In this document: positions 26,248-38,500 of the stretch, in pieces
Numbering within the stretch: position 1 is the stretch's first letter
How the letters are laid out: each line of letters begins with the position of its first letter
Assembly (NCBI GenBank): GCA_040357565.1
Contig: JBDODJ010000032.1
Length of the DNA: 64,000 nucleotides
Direction: 5' to 3' (one strand)
Source: Cercozoa sp. M6MM
Lineage: Eukaryota > Protista > Endomyxa: Ascetosporea
Notes under the pieces: generated by a model
Databases searched by the model: none
The model's input: only the letters and a program-made list of their open reading frames with translations
What the model was told of the DNA's origin: nothing
Translations under genes and position numbers: made by a program

Positions 26248-26458
26248 GACACGCGAGCCCCCAGGAGCCCAGCGCGTGCCATGTTTCCCAGGTATGCCAC
26301 TAGAGTATACCTGAGGTTGTCTGGCGTCTTTCGGCTTCTTGCGCGTCAGGTCGGTGCGTGCTGCTTATCGATCTACTCGGCTGCTCTAGCGCTTCCTTGT
26401 AGTGTGTGCACACGTCTGAGTATCTTTAGTGGGTCCAATTAGGTCACCAAAAAACTCT

Positions 26459-26473
26459 TGCTCCGCGTGGAAG
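26459..26473 (+). repeat. Target-site duplication, right copy
   Basis: Identical to 20317-20331. Confidence 0.9.
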
Positions 26474-27408
26474 CACCTATCAGTCATGCCAAATAAGAAC
26501 TAAAGTGTTTTGCTAAGGTTGAGAGCTGGTATCCTAACAATTGAGTATTGCCTAGCTTGACATACCCTGTGTTTGGTAGAGTGACGAGCACTGCAGGAAG
26601 TGCAACAGCCTCTTTCCAGATACCAGGTAAATGTTACCTCAAACGATACCGTTCTTGTTAACACCAAAGCAACCGACTTGCTTTATCTTGAGCAGGCAAG
26701 AGGGCTTCTGATATCTTTCGGTTTGAGACGTCGAACGAACACTAAATAAACGACCTTACATTCTACCTTTTCTTTCGTCGTTATCTTCACTAAAATGGAC
26801 ATTCTCACATCAACAGGTCATGCATGCTCTTGCGATTCGATTGCAACTGTTATTTCCCAGAGGGAGGGTTCAGTTATTCGATTTCCCCGAGAACGACCTG
26901 CTCTTCCGTGCTTATTTGTTACCGCAGCCTTTCAGAAATTGAGGCTTTGGTAGTGCTAAAGAGTACTATGCCAGGAAAAAGACTAAAGAAACAAATGGAA
27001 TCGATGTGAAGAAGAATTGAGTCAGTAGACGTAGTCAGTTCAGAGGTAGTTACCCCAAGATAGGGTCGGCAAAGTACAGGAAGTAGACTGGTCGGGAAGG
27101 ATGAGAGGCCCGGTAGTCAGAAGAAGGAGAAGGAGGGACGTAAAGGAGAAAAAGAAAGGCTCTCTGTGCTGGGAAGACAGCAACAGGGATTACGTGAGAG
27201 TGCAAGGACTGGAGCCTGGAGAGGTGCTTTACCTGGTGAGTAGAGAGCCTTTTCAGGAAAGGAGCAAAATCTTGCTCTTTCGAGGTCAGTCTACCAAACA
27301 CAGGGTAAGGAGGTTAGCAACACTCTCGGAGAGGTCAGGGTACCAGACAAACACAATACACCACACTTCTCAAAGTGCTCAATGAATAGCTTTCTTCCAC
27401 GCGGAGCA
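26459..27408. repeat. 950-bp unit bounded by long imperfect inverted repeats (MITE/foldback-like, or two converging copies of a small element)
   Basis: Perfect 15-bp terminal IR (26459-26473 / 27394-27408). Further inverted blocks at 26563-26585 / 27285-27307 (22 of 23 identical) and 26622-26631 / 27228-27237. Confidence 0.65.
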
Positions 27409-27518
27409 CCAGAGATCTGACTGGCCGGATGGAAAATGCCGTTTCGTAACATATTTTCCATAAGGGTCACCAGACTGGAGCAAGGGAACTACTTCGTTAG
27501 TTACAAGCGAAGACTCAA

Positions 27519-30500
27519 CTAACTCACAACATTTCGGACGACAGCAGATCGATGTTGTGACAGTACGGGCGATGACACGTGACACAGTGACAGCACAGGC
27601 GCACGACAGATGTGCCGATTGTGACTGTGAGCCTGTGAGTTGACAATCTGCTTCGCATTTCCCGCCGGAGAAATGTTGCCTCTGCACTCGAAGCATGCCT
27701 CCACCGTGTTGTCGATTCGCACTACAGTGACATATAGTTGACCAACAAAGCCGGAGCAAGGTACCTCGAATGCGACCGATGCCGTCAACAACAGGCGCTT
27801 CGTCTTTCGTCGCAGCATCGAGAGCGACACGCGCACTCGGGATCTGCGCGAAGCGTGCCGATCGCAGTGCGTGCAACAGTTGCTGCGACGGCGTTTTGAT
27901 CAGTCGCACTGGCATCACAATCTCTCCGGACTCCTGATCGTGCGACATCACCGTCAGCGCACTCTGCGACGAATCAATCACCTGCACCGTCAAGAAACCA
28001 CAATTGAACCACAATATAACAGGAAAAGCAACAGGAAAAACACTAAGAAACAACAACAGCTGAAGCAAGACAAGAGTACGAGAAGTGCGACGCCGCCGGG
28101 GACGACGCGTTGTGCGACGCGTGCCTTCCGCGCGAACGAGCAGCCGCCGCGCGTGGTCACAACAATCACCGGCAACGCACCGTCTTCTTCTGTGCCGTTA
28201 AATGTGCGCTCAGTGCAGAGATCATCGACAACGACGGTGTCGAAGTGATTGCTGTCACCGTCAGTGTCACCGTCAGTATCAGTGTCAGTATCAGTGTCAG
28301 TATCAGTGCCAGTGTCAGTGCGTATACTGAGAGGACCGAACTCGGCCATGACGGCAGGCCACGTGGTGTCGGCGCCAGTGTCGTCGCGCGTGACCACGGC
28401 GTACTCCAGTGCTCGACGGTTGCGCAGGTACACCGTGTCGGTCCTGTCGCCGACATCAAAGACCACGGTGTGCGCACCGTCGCCCTGACTGCCGACGTTG
28501 ATGTGCACCGAGTTGGCACGTGCAGTGTCGCGATTGAGATCAACGACGGTGGCACCCGACAGAGAGACACGCACGCCATAGTGGAACCGTGAGTCGCCGT
28601 CGCTGGGATCAGCGATATCAACGAGCGACAGACCGCGCAGATTGAGTCGCCGCAGTCGCCGCCGCGCCGCTTGGTGCCGCTCCTGTCGGCGAACGTAGCG
28701 CCGTTGTCGCGTTGCACTCGGGGCTACACACACACACACACGCACACACAATCTCATGGACTTACTGAATACACATATACATATACATTAGATATAAATA
28801 TACACCTATCCTTATATACATGTATACACACACACACATATATATATATATGCATGCACACATGTACACATAGATATAATGTGGACACATAGAAAGGCAA
28901 CACACGCAACTGATCCAAGTCGGCGACGGGACAGGTCTCGACCTCGTCGCTGCTGCGTCTCGGCGGAGTCGCGAAGCGCAAGAATTCACGCATCGCGTGC
29001 GACGTCACTATTGCATGCGCTTCGGTGTTTTTCACATTCGTACATTCTTGCCTAGGCATATGCGTCGACAAATACGACCCAACCCAGCAGAGAGAACAGA
29101 AAGTAAGCGGCATACCGAAAGAGCCAACCGAACTCTCGTTGGACGCGACGACACTGCTGCCAGATCTGCCACTGCTCTGCACTGCTGTTGTTGTTTTTAG
29201 AGTCGTCATTCGACACATTGGTCGACACACGCCAAGGTGAGACCTAGGCGTCAAACCATCGGTCGTATCCGCGCGGACAGTATACTCATACAAACGCTAA
29301 AGGAATCTTACCAACTCCGGACATTCAAGTCGCAGAAACAGCCACCACAGGTACACTACAGAAATCCACAATCGTGCTGTCGTGGTTTACGGTATCAAAA
29401 GACAGGTCACTTAAAGTTTCTGAGAGGAAAAACGATGGCATCACGCGCTTTGTCTTGTTCTTTCGTTTCGGCCGAAGCACATCGTACGGCGCAAAGCCAA
29501 ACCTGCGCTCCGAAATTCAAAGTGAACAAACAGTAACTGATTAAAAGACTGAAACCTTTCCATTCGTCGCCACAGCACGTTTACCGCGTGCGTTGCGAAA
29601 TGCTCTGTCAGTTGCAGAGTTTTTTGTATTGGATTGTACAAACGAAACAGCAAGGTTTACCAATCTCATCTCGAAGTTCGGGCAATGCACTCAAATGAAA
29701 CAGTGACTCGAACCACTCTGGCCTCAACTACACGTGCAGTTCCCAAAAAAGGCAAGAAGAACATTTAGTTCTTCCGATCAATCAATACCTGTGACAAGGA
29801 ATCCTGAATTTCGAGTTGTTCGACCAATTGCGTGTAATTTCGTGTGACAGGAAAGACAAAATCCTCGGGAATCCCATTGAACTTGGCGAAAACAGCGCCG
29901 AATGCACGCACGCTTTGCAGGGCCAGCGAAGTTTCACCACGCGAAACCAAATGACCTGGGAGAAACGCAGACAGTGCATCCGCGCGGAAGCCAGTGATCT
30001 CACCTGACCGTGCATAAACTTGTGTAGTTGGTAGACCGCTTGGCGAGACCACAAAGTGCGTCAACCACTTCTCAAAGCACATCCTAGTGTTCCTTCAAAA
30101 CTTAACGAAAGAAAACACAAAAACAGAAATACTTGTGTGTATTGTTTCGATCGTTGCTGCAACTCAGGGTCATCCAATACAATACTGGCTTTCTCGAGAT
30201 ACTCGAAAAACGAGTCCATCGAAGCACCGGCACCGGTGTTGCCATCCAGTGTCTCTGCAGAAAGCAATTCGATTAAAAACCTCCGCGAGGATAGCCAAAC
30301 GAAATTAACCAATGCGAGAAAAATCTCTCGAATCAACGTTGAACGAACGACTGATCAAACGCGAGTTTTTGCAGACCTCTTTCATTTCTTTCGGCACTAA
30401 TGACTCACATAAACGATTAAAAAAATATAAAAACTCAACGAAACCTACGGTGTGCGCAAGTCGGAGTTTGCATGAGCGAGGCGTGTAGATGATCGCCGGC

Positions 30501-31624
30501 ACGAAGTGCCATCTGGTGGAACTTTGGATCACGTGTGAGAACAGACACTGCGGAGAACTCGAGTTGGCAGGTCGCAGCACACGCCACACACTGGAACCAT
30601 TCGTCCGCAAAGCCAGTGATGCCATGCCGTAAGTTCACTGTCCAGTGAGGCAGCTTGTTCGGCGCTCCTTTCGTTGTGCTACGACGAAAGCAATGATACC
30701 ACACACACACGAAAACCGCGGTCCAAGCTGAAGCAAGAAATACGGAAAAGCAGCCGACAGTCGCTCGGCCAGATCAGCGATCAATGCGACTAGAAAGTCG
30801 TAGTTTTGATTTTTCGTGTCAAGAAGATTTTCGGAAGGTCCGCGCGAACAGCCAAACAAATGTCCTCCTGTCCTACAAAAAACAAAAAGTGTCAACAGCA
30901 ACGCGAACGAACAAGCGAAAGTTACAAACTGGTCAGTGAGCCTAAAAGACCGCCAAGCTGTGTTTAAAGTCAACTTCATTTCAGAAATCAAAAGCATCAA
31001 TAAAAAACTCACCAATCGAATGTTTGCTTCAAAAAAATTGACTCTGACGTCTTTGTCGAAGAGATTCTGATTTTTCTTCTGCAAACGAAATGTTTGTCAA
31101 ATGTAAAGTCTTAGCAGAGAGCTTTACCAAAAATTCCAAAACAAGTTGAGCATCCTCTTTCATTCCCATGTGCAACAACGCTTCGAGTGAATCGATCGCT
31201 GTCCACGCCAAAGCTCCGCTCTCGTCCTGTTGCAGCACACAGATCAGTGTTTTTAGAATCCCGCCGCTCAAAACAGACAATAAAGCACCGTTTCATCCAA
31301 CAAAACACCTTCCGACGTGGCCAAGCGCGGGGCTAAGTCAAAGTAATCTCTCAAAGCGAGAAATGATCGCCTGTCACAATTTTAAGTACCGAAATCGACG
31401 AGCACTCCGCGCGGACCGGTCAAGTCTAGCTCGTCCATCGGGAACGCATACTCACGATAATTGCACCATGCGAACTGAAACATTGCGCGCACTGCCAGCA
31501 TTGGCGACTTTGGCTTCCGATGTGGTCTCGCGCAACGAGGCTCATCCGCGCGGACCAGGAAAAGAGCTGCAACCCACCCAACGCACAGGCACGAGAAAAC
31601 TGATCGAAGAGGTAGCTGCCACAT
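27519..31624 (-). CDS. EDEM-type class I alpha-mannosidase-like protein (GH47) with C-terminal PA domain
   Basis: Signal peptide, then VRAMFQFAWCNYREYAFPMDEL, AIDSLEAL, VNFFEANIR, LAERLSAAF, VNLRHG, LEFSAVSVLTRDP, GAGASMDSFFEYLEK, DALSAFLPG, LRPEWFES; PA motif VTTRGGCSFARKARVAQ. 3' end approximate. Confidence 0.88.
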
Positions 31625-31879
31625 GCATCAATACACGCACGGGCACACACACGTGCCTAAGTTTAAATGGCGTCGGCTGGAATGATGTGCTTGTGGCTAC
31701 ACTAGCCTGAGAGTCCAGTTTTTTTTTTTTTCGCTAGTTCTGCACTGCGTTAAATAAATTTTAAATACCTGCAGTACAAGTCGCAAATTCCTTGCCCCCG
31801 GAGGCTTCCTGGTCCTGCCCCGCGACTCGACATCACTGAGACTCGCAGTCAACTGCGCGCCCTGGTCGACCGGACTGTG

Positions 31880-32100
31880 CGCGACTGGACGTCGATGGCG
31901 TGTCGGGCGCCCTGGTGACCGCCGGCGCGTTTTTCGGGTGATTTTTTGTGATTAAATTGGTGTCATTAGTTTTATTTAAATCTTCTCACGATTTTCGGGG
32001 TTAATTTAATTTTGTGTGATTAATTTTGTGATCGTGAGAGATCGATCAGTGATCGAGAGCGGTCGATCAGTGATCGATCAGTGATCAAGTACTCAGTGAC
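31880..32100 (+). pseudogene. Degenerate inverted fragment of the gene at 46915-47480
   Basis: CTGGACGTCGATGGCGTGTCGGG.GCCCT.GTG..GCCGGCGCGTTTTTCGGG matches the reverse complement of 47424-47477. The following GATC/TTAAT repeats match the intron at 46915-47070. Confidence 0.6.
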
Positions 32101-32594
32101 CGCCCCCCTGTTTACTCCTCCATTTAATCCACCTATTAATCCCTCTATTTACCCCGCCTGTCGGCTCTGTGGCACGTGTGTTGGCCTTGCTCCCCTTTCC
32201 CTTACCCCCTTACCCTCCCCTACCCCCTTTACCCTCTGACCCCCCTTTACCCCTGACCCCCCTTTACCCCCCCCCCCCCAGAAACGGGGTGGAGTGCAGC
32301 GTTTTCTTTTCTACACCGCACGGACGATTCCTTCTGACGTCAGAGACTCCGTCTAGTTTGAGTAAGAGCTGACAAAAGTCTGACAAATTTATCGGTGCAC
32401 CAAAGTGTGCGACTGGATTCACCAAAACTGAACGCAAAGTTGGTTGAGGGTATCGTATCGATCGATAGAAATAGGAACTGCACGAAGAATCTCTTGAGGA
32501 GACTGACCCAAAGAGGAGGGCCAGGACACGTAGCGTCTTTTTCAATTGGCGTCCAGGAAGATGGATGGTGCATTGCGCTTCTAAAGTCACCCCG

Positions 32595-34538
32595 TCACGG
32601 GAAGGGACACATACCGGCGGGAGTGCAGATTTGGAAGTCACTAACGCCAGCACTGGTCGGGATCTCACACTCAAAAGGAGTTCCAGGGAGGTTGCACGTT
32701 TCGCCCGGCGCGCCAAAGTCGCACAAGCCAGAAGCGCACGCCACACCTCCAAAGCACGTCCACATGGGGAAGCCGCACTCACTGCCGGGAGCCAGTAAGG
32801 CCAGGCGCAGTCGCTGACTGTAGGGAGTTTCCGCACATCTGCCGTTGGCCAAGTTGCACTGACCGGAGACGCACTCGCTCGAGGTGTTGCAATCGTTGTT
32901 GCTGCGCAGGAGGCAGCGAAGAGTACCGTTCGGGTTGGGAGGCACCTCTTGGTAGCCTAGAAAGCACCATACTGCCAGAGTGCCGAACAGATGCACATTG
33001 AGACTGTAAACCTACCGGTATTGGCACAGGCATGGTCGCCGTCCGAGCATGTTCCGTCGTCGTTCGGACCGGCACGATGGATTTCCTTGTCGCAGAGATC
33101 GCCGAGTGCACCTCCCGTAGGCTTCTCGCACATGTTCGAAGTGCAAGTTCCAGACAGACACTCTCCGTTTTCTGTGCACGCCTGGTCGCGAGCACCCTTG
33201 CAGTCGCCGCTGTCGTCGCACAAGGCTCCGTCCGGACAGTCTGCGCGGTCGCGACACATGATTGGAGTGCCCGTGCCTAGGGGAATCACGCACTTCAACG
33301 ACGAGGCGTCGCACTGCAGTCCTGTGCAGTTCAGTTTCAGTCAGTTCAGTTTCAGTTCAGTTTCAGTTCAGTCAGTATTTTTGTACAGTACAGACGGACA
33401 TGCACTGCAGTACCAGGCATGCACATGTCATTGCTGAAGTCACAGGACTGTCCGAGAGTGAGGGCACAGGTGCGAGACGTGGCAGCGTCCAGGTCGGCGC
33501 CGACACATTGCAGACCGCTGGGACACTGCGAGTCGCAGTGGCACGCCTGCCCGGCAGGCACCTGACTGGCCGAGATGCACACGTGCATCAGAGGGGCACC
33601 TCCAGCGTCAGTGGGAGCACTCGAGGTGCCGTTCAGCAGCGTGACTGTGCAGTCGCCCGAACAACGAGCGTCGGCGCCAGAGGCACACTCAAAGTCGCAC
33701 GTACACGGGTCGCCTGAGGGCACACACAGTACAGCACAGGCAGTGCACAGTACAAGCAGTACAGTAGCACAGTACGTACTGTACAAGCACACACGAGAAC
33801 AGAGAAGACTGAGGAAACAGACCAGGCAGGAAGGGATTGGCTGGCACAGACGGACAGGGTGTCGGAACGGGCGTGACTGGCACGTCCTCCTGCGTGCAGT
33901 CACACGGCAGTGTCGTGGTCTGGGTGGTTGCTGCAGCTGTGGTCGTGGTCTCGGTAGGCGCAGCACTGGGAGTGGCAGTCGTCGTAGTCGTAGTCGTGGT
34001 CTGGGTCTGATTCTTGATCACTGCGGCAGCGTTCTTGAGACGCGCCCACAGTTGGTGAATCGTCGCCTGCAGCTGACTGCCGGCCGAGTCCATGCCCTAC
34101 AGAACAACAGTACATTTTACATGCAGTTTGTGTTAATACACAGACTGTATCGTACTGTACGCGTTGTACTGTACAGTATAGACATAGTACCATGACAATG
34201 CTGTGCAGGTCTTGTTTGAAGTGGTCGAGGTTCTTGCCGTGCTTGGAATCGTGCCCACTGCCGTAGCCACTGTCGTAGCCACTGTCGTAACCGCTCGAAT
34301 AGCCGCCACTCGAGTAGTCAGTCGAATGGCCACTCGGGTAGCCACTCGAGTAGCTATCACCCTTTTTGGGGTAGATGTTAGTGTTACCGCCCGGGTAGAC
34401 GTTCTTCGCAGAGCCGTGTGCATAACTCGCAGCTAAATTAAAGCAACAATCGAGACTTGAGTATAGAGGTGGGTGGGTCGTGTACTGTATAGTACCACAC
34501 AACTGCAGGGCACATAGAGCAGTCAGCAGGAACTTCAT
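32595..34538 (-). CDS. Secreted Cys-rich protein (signal peptide, Y/S/G-rich segment, Thr-rich linker, C-x3-C-x-SG-x-C modules), paralogue 1
   Basis: MKFLLTALCALQL signal; poly-Thr; repeated modules such as CDFECASG, CDSQCPSG, GECLSGTC, SECVSGQC. Inverted paralogue at 49050-50850. Confidence 0.75.
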
Positions 34539-34865
34539 GTTAATGGACGGAACGCTTCTTCAGTTCAGTTGGGAGAGACGGCAGTCCTTTACACAAGCCA
34601 GATAGTACAGACAGTCAGTTGACTCAGTTCGAGGAAGTTCGGGTGTAGTGCGAGTCTTCTTTGAGATAGTATGAAAAGAACTGCAATGGCACACTTGGGC
34701 ACAGGCCCGAACTGACTCGGCGTTTTGCCTGGTTTCGCGACGTTTTTTCGAAAAAGTCGCGTTTCTCTGACGTCTTGCCGAAAGACCATCCAGCATTGTA
34801 AGAGTAAGAATAAATAAACAACGAAACTCGACGCGGCTGGACGGACGAGGGCGTAAGCATATTAG

Positions 34866-37351
34866 CTAGCGGTACGGCGGCGCAGGGAGACTTGCGCGTG
34901 GCGTGCCGTGACGCCGGCAGGAGCGACGACATTCCTGAGATCGAGTCGGACACCCCGGACCGGAGTTTCTGGCGAGCCTGTGCCACCCATAAAGTGCAAG
35001 TAAGCGTGTTAACACAGTACGAGAGGCACTTGAACACACCCACAATACTAGCCAGGGCAGCAGCACGCCCGCTAGCCTCGCGCACAGTGACTGGACAAGA
35101 TTTTGGGGTTGGTCGAGAGAGAAAATCAGTTAGTGCCCCCTTAATACCATTGTGCACGCGTGTGTCCTGTACGAGAGCGACAGCAGAGAGTTGCGACGGC
35201 AGTAGCGAGAGCAGGCGGCGGCCTGGGTCGGTGTGCGAGAGGAGAGGCTCGAGTTGCGCACGTGTCCACTGGAAGGCGGCATAGCGAGAGGTGTGTACGT
35301 GCACGAAGGTGTCCCACGTGGAGGCACGCACGCGCTCGAGTACGATGTCGCGCACGGTGCCTCCGCGACCGCGGCCGCTCTTGATGTACAAGGCATGCCG
35401 CGACGAGAGGAGCGACACGTCTCGCACCGTGAGGTCGACGGCGCCGCCGCTCACCTCGCTGCCCACAGCCAGGCCGCGGCCGTGTCCGAACACGCAGTTC
35501 TCCACGGTCACATTGGCCGACTGCTGCGGCACGTGCTGCGCATTTGCGCCCTTTACCCCCCCCCTCCTTCTCCCCCAGTATACCCTCCCGTATACCCCCT
35601 CCCCCCAGTATACCCCCCCCAGTATACCCTGTGGTACATGAGGCAAGCCGAGTGCTTCGGAGAAACCGCGGTGCGTCAGCGTTGTCGCACTGCTCTGACT
35701 GCACAGGGGGGGGGGGGGTAAACAGGAGGGTAAACTGGGGGGGTATACAGGGGGGTAAGAGGGGTGGAGTGGAAGTAAACAAAGGGAGTAAAGTAGAGGT
35801 ATACAGTGGGGTAAACTGCGGGATAAACTGAGGGATAAACAGGGGGTAAAACGGGGGGATATAAATGGGGGGATATTGAGGTTAAAGGGGAGGTGGGGGG
35901 GGGGGGGGGTAAAGGGGGACAGGGAGGGGGGTAAAGCCGTACCCCAGCCGAGGTAGCGGCAGCGAGGCCAGCGCAGCGAGTTCCCAGCCGGCCTTGACGA
36001 CGACGTTGTCGTTGCCGCCCTTGAGGAACGAGTCGCGCAGTATCACGTGCGCACTGCCGTCGATGCCGACACCGTCAGTCTGACGCGACCACTCGGGTGC
36101 CGTGAGTGCCACGTGCGCGATCTCCACGTGCCGACACCGATGCACGTGCAGCGTCCAGAAGGCCGAGTTGCGCAGTCGCAGATTCGAGATGCGCACCCCG
36201 TGTGCTTCCGACAGCAGCAGCAGACGCGGCCGCGTCGCACTCAGCCGACCGTGCGCGCGCATGTGCCACCAATGCGCGCCGCGCCCGTCTATCACGCCTA
36301 AGCAAAGCAACTCAACTCAACTCAATTCAACTCAACTCAACTCAACTCAACTCAACTCAAAGCAACTCAAAGCAACACTCAAAGCAAGCAACTCACCGCC
36401 GTGACGACTCAAATCGGCAAGGAAATCGCGCTGCTCGATCTGCTCGACTGTTGATTCGTCGCACTTCGCGACGTCGCTTTCGCTTTCACTTTCACTTTCG
36501 CTTTCGCTTTCGCTTTCGCTTTCGCTTTCGCTTTCGCTTTCGCTTCGGCTTTCGCTTCGGCTGAGGCTTTGATTCGCGTTTCGCAGTGCCGAGTCGAGTC
36601 GCCAGTTGTACTCGCGTCGCATGGCACGAGCGAGTTTGCAGGAGGAGCGAGGCACCCGAAGCGACGGCTGCTTCGTCTCTCGCCCGACGGCGCGATCGAC
36701 GAGGTCGGCCGACACGCCGTACTCGGCGAAGGGAAAGCCGGCGTAGCGATCGCTTTCGCCCCTGTCGTCGTCGGGACTGTCAGCGCCGCGAAGCGTCACA
36801 TTTCGACAGCCGTGACACGAGATCAGCGCTGCGTAACGCTTCTGCGCATCGCAACTGTCGCTCGCATTTCGAAATCAAAGCAAAGCAAAGCTGTACCGAC
36901 TGGAGATCATCGCGTCCGACGCCGAGTTGTGCCTGCGAAATCCAGCGAAAACGCATCGGGATGGCGAAATAACACTCAAAGCAAAAGCAAGCACCAGTGG
37001 AGGCGCTAGGGGCCACAGGTGCAGCTCCGACGGACGCCACAGCAAGGCTACGATAGAACCCAGCAGAGTCACCACTGTGTCACTGTGCAGACGCACGGGA
37101 CGCGTCGCAATCACTGCGCCGCGCGGAATAATCACGTGCTCGCAAGTGCGCATTGCCTTCTGCAGCGCCTCCGTGTCGTCAGCGACGCCATCGCCGATCG
37201 CGCCGATTTCCAGCACGTCGCAAGTCCTCGCTCGAGTTGCTACACCGAGTTCCGAAGTCAGATTGAGTGCTTTCGGTGCACGCGCGTCACTTTCGTCTCC
37301 CGAACACGCGAGCAGCAGCAGCAGCAGCAAAACGCGCGTGTTCTGGAACAT
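34866..37351 (-). CDS. Secreted glycoside hydrolase family 28 (polygalacturonase-like beta-helix)
   Basis: Signal peptide; GAIGDGVADDTEALQKA; GVIDGRG..WW; RPRL; LRNSAFWTLH; QTDG; GNDNVVVKAG; GHGRGLAVGSE; YIKSGRGRGGTVRDI. 3' end approximate. Confidence 0.85.
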
Positions 37352-37826
37352 CGCACTCGCTTTTGATCGCAGAGTCGCAACTTCCAATCCTGCTTCGAAA
37401 CACCTGCGACGCCGATCGGGCGCTACCAAGCGTCGTTTTAAGCACTATAGACACGCACCTAACACGTCGCTGGCTCTAGCTCGGCCCCTAGGAAGAGTTG
37501 ATTTTTGTTTTAATTTTCTAGCCCGGCCCTGCTTGACCACCGCCCGCTCAGTGCGTTTGCGTTTGATGACCTGCAGCTCGAGTAAACACTATACAGTGCA
37601 CTGATCTGCATTGAGGTCTCATAGGGAGTCTGTGTGTGCCAAGAATGCAGTCAAGCGAGCCAACGGGGGTCAGTTTGTTGGTGTTTTCCGGTCCGTTAGT
37701 GTATGTCTCAACTCGTGTGTGCGCAGCCTTCGGCGCCGCAGTGGACAAATGACACGGACAATCCGCCCCCTTTCTCGCCACAGGTTGATTTGCTTTCGAC
37801 TGAAGGGAATTGAACGAGTGCGTGAC

Positions 37827-38500
37827 ATGTGGACTGAAGCACAGGGCAATGTGGGCTACGTGGAACCCCAAGGGCACGTGCAGCCCCAAGCACATTACTA
37901 CGGCCAGCCAGCACAGTACCACCAGCCGGTATACCAGCAGCCTGCACCCATGGTACACGCCAGGAGGGTTTTATTTCCTGTATTTGTGCTGTGACTCGAA
38001 ATAAAACATGCGCACAGCAAATGCAAGCAATGCAGCCCCATCATCAACAGCCACAGCAGCAGTACCAGCCACCGCAACAGTATCAACAGCATCAACATCC
38101 TCCTCAGTACCAGCAACAGCAGCAGCAGCGTCCACACCACCAGCAACAGCCGGTGAGTCAGCCCAGACATGGTGCCATCCAGATGTCCAACAAGAAGAAA
38201 CGTCGGTGCAAACTGTACCACAACTGGGAGGTCGCCGATGATCCCAAATGTGACTGCACGTCGTGTTGCATCGTACTCTTGTTCTGCTCGAGCTGTCTTT
38301 TCTTCCCTCTTTCTCACTTGGCGACTTGACCCAGGGCTGTCTGACTTGCGGCATTGCGACCGTGCAGTCGCGCGAGGAGTGCCGAGAGTACGACACAGAC
38401 TTAACTATCACTCTTTGCTGATGTTCATTCGTTCTGTAGCTGTCAGGAGGGCGCTCGTGTTCGACGACTGGTGAGTTTTGCGCTGACACAGTCAGGCTTA
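37827..38500 (+). CDS. Small Gln/Pro/Tyr-rich protein with a Cys-rich hydrophobic C-terminus (CYSTM/BRI3-like architecture)
   Basis: MWTEAQGNVGY...QQPQQQYQPPQ...RCKLYHNWE...CTSCCI/GCLTCGIA across short introns. End approximate. Confidence 0.5.

Larger units (their letters stand above)
20332..26458 (-). mobile_element. Full-length non-LTR retrotransposon (LINE, I/ingi/Tad1-like architecture APE-RT-RNase H)
   Basis: Two long intronless ORFs, 15-bp TSD, short (AACT)n-type 3' tail at 20332-20343, ~300-nt 3' UTR and strong strand compositional skew. Confidence 0.95.

Noticed and set aside
26250-26458. HDV-like ribozyme at the LINE 5' end
   Set aside because: Hairpins are present, but the nested double pseudoknot could not be identified by eye.
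26580-26640. U1 snRNA (reverse strand ATTTACCTGG...TTGCAC)
   Set aside because: Mismatch to ACTTACCTG, no U1-70K loop or Sm site, and the motifs are not kept in the other copies.
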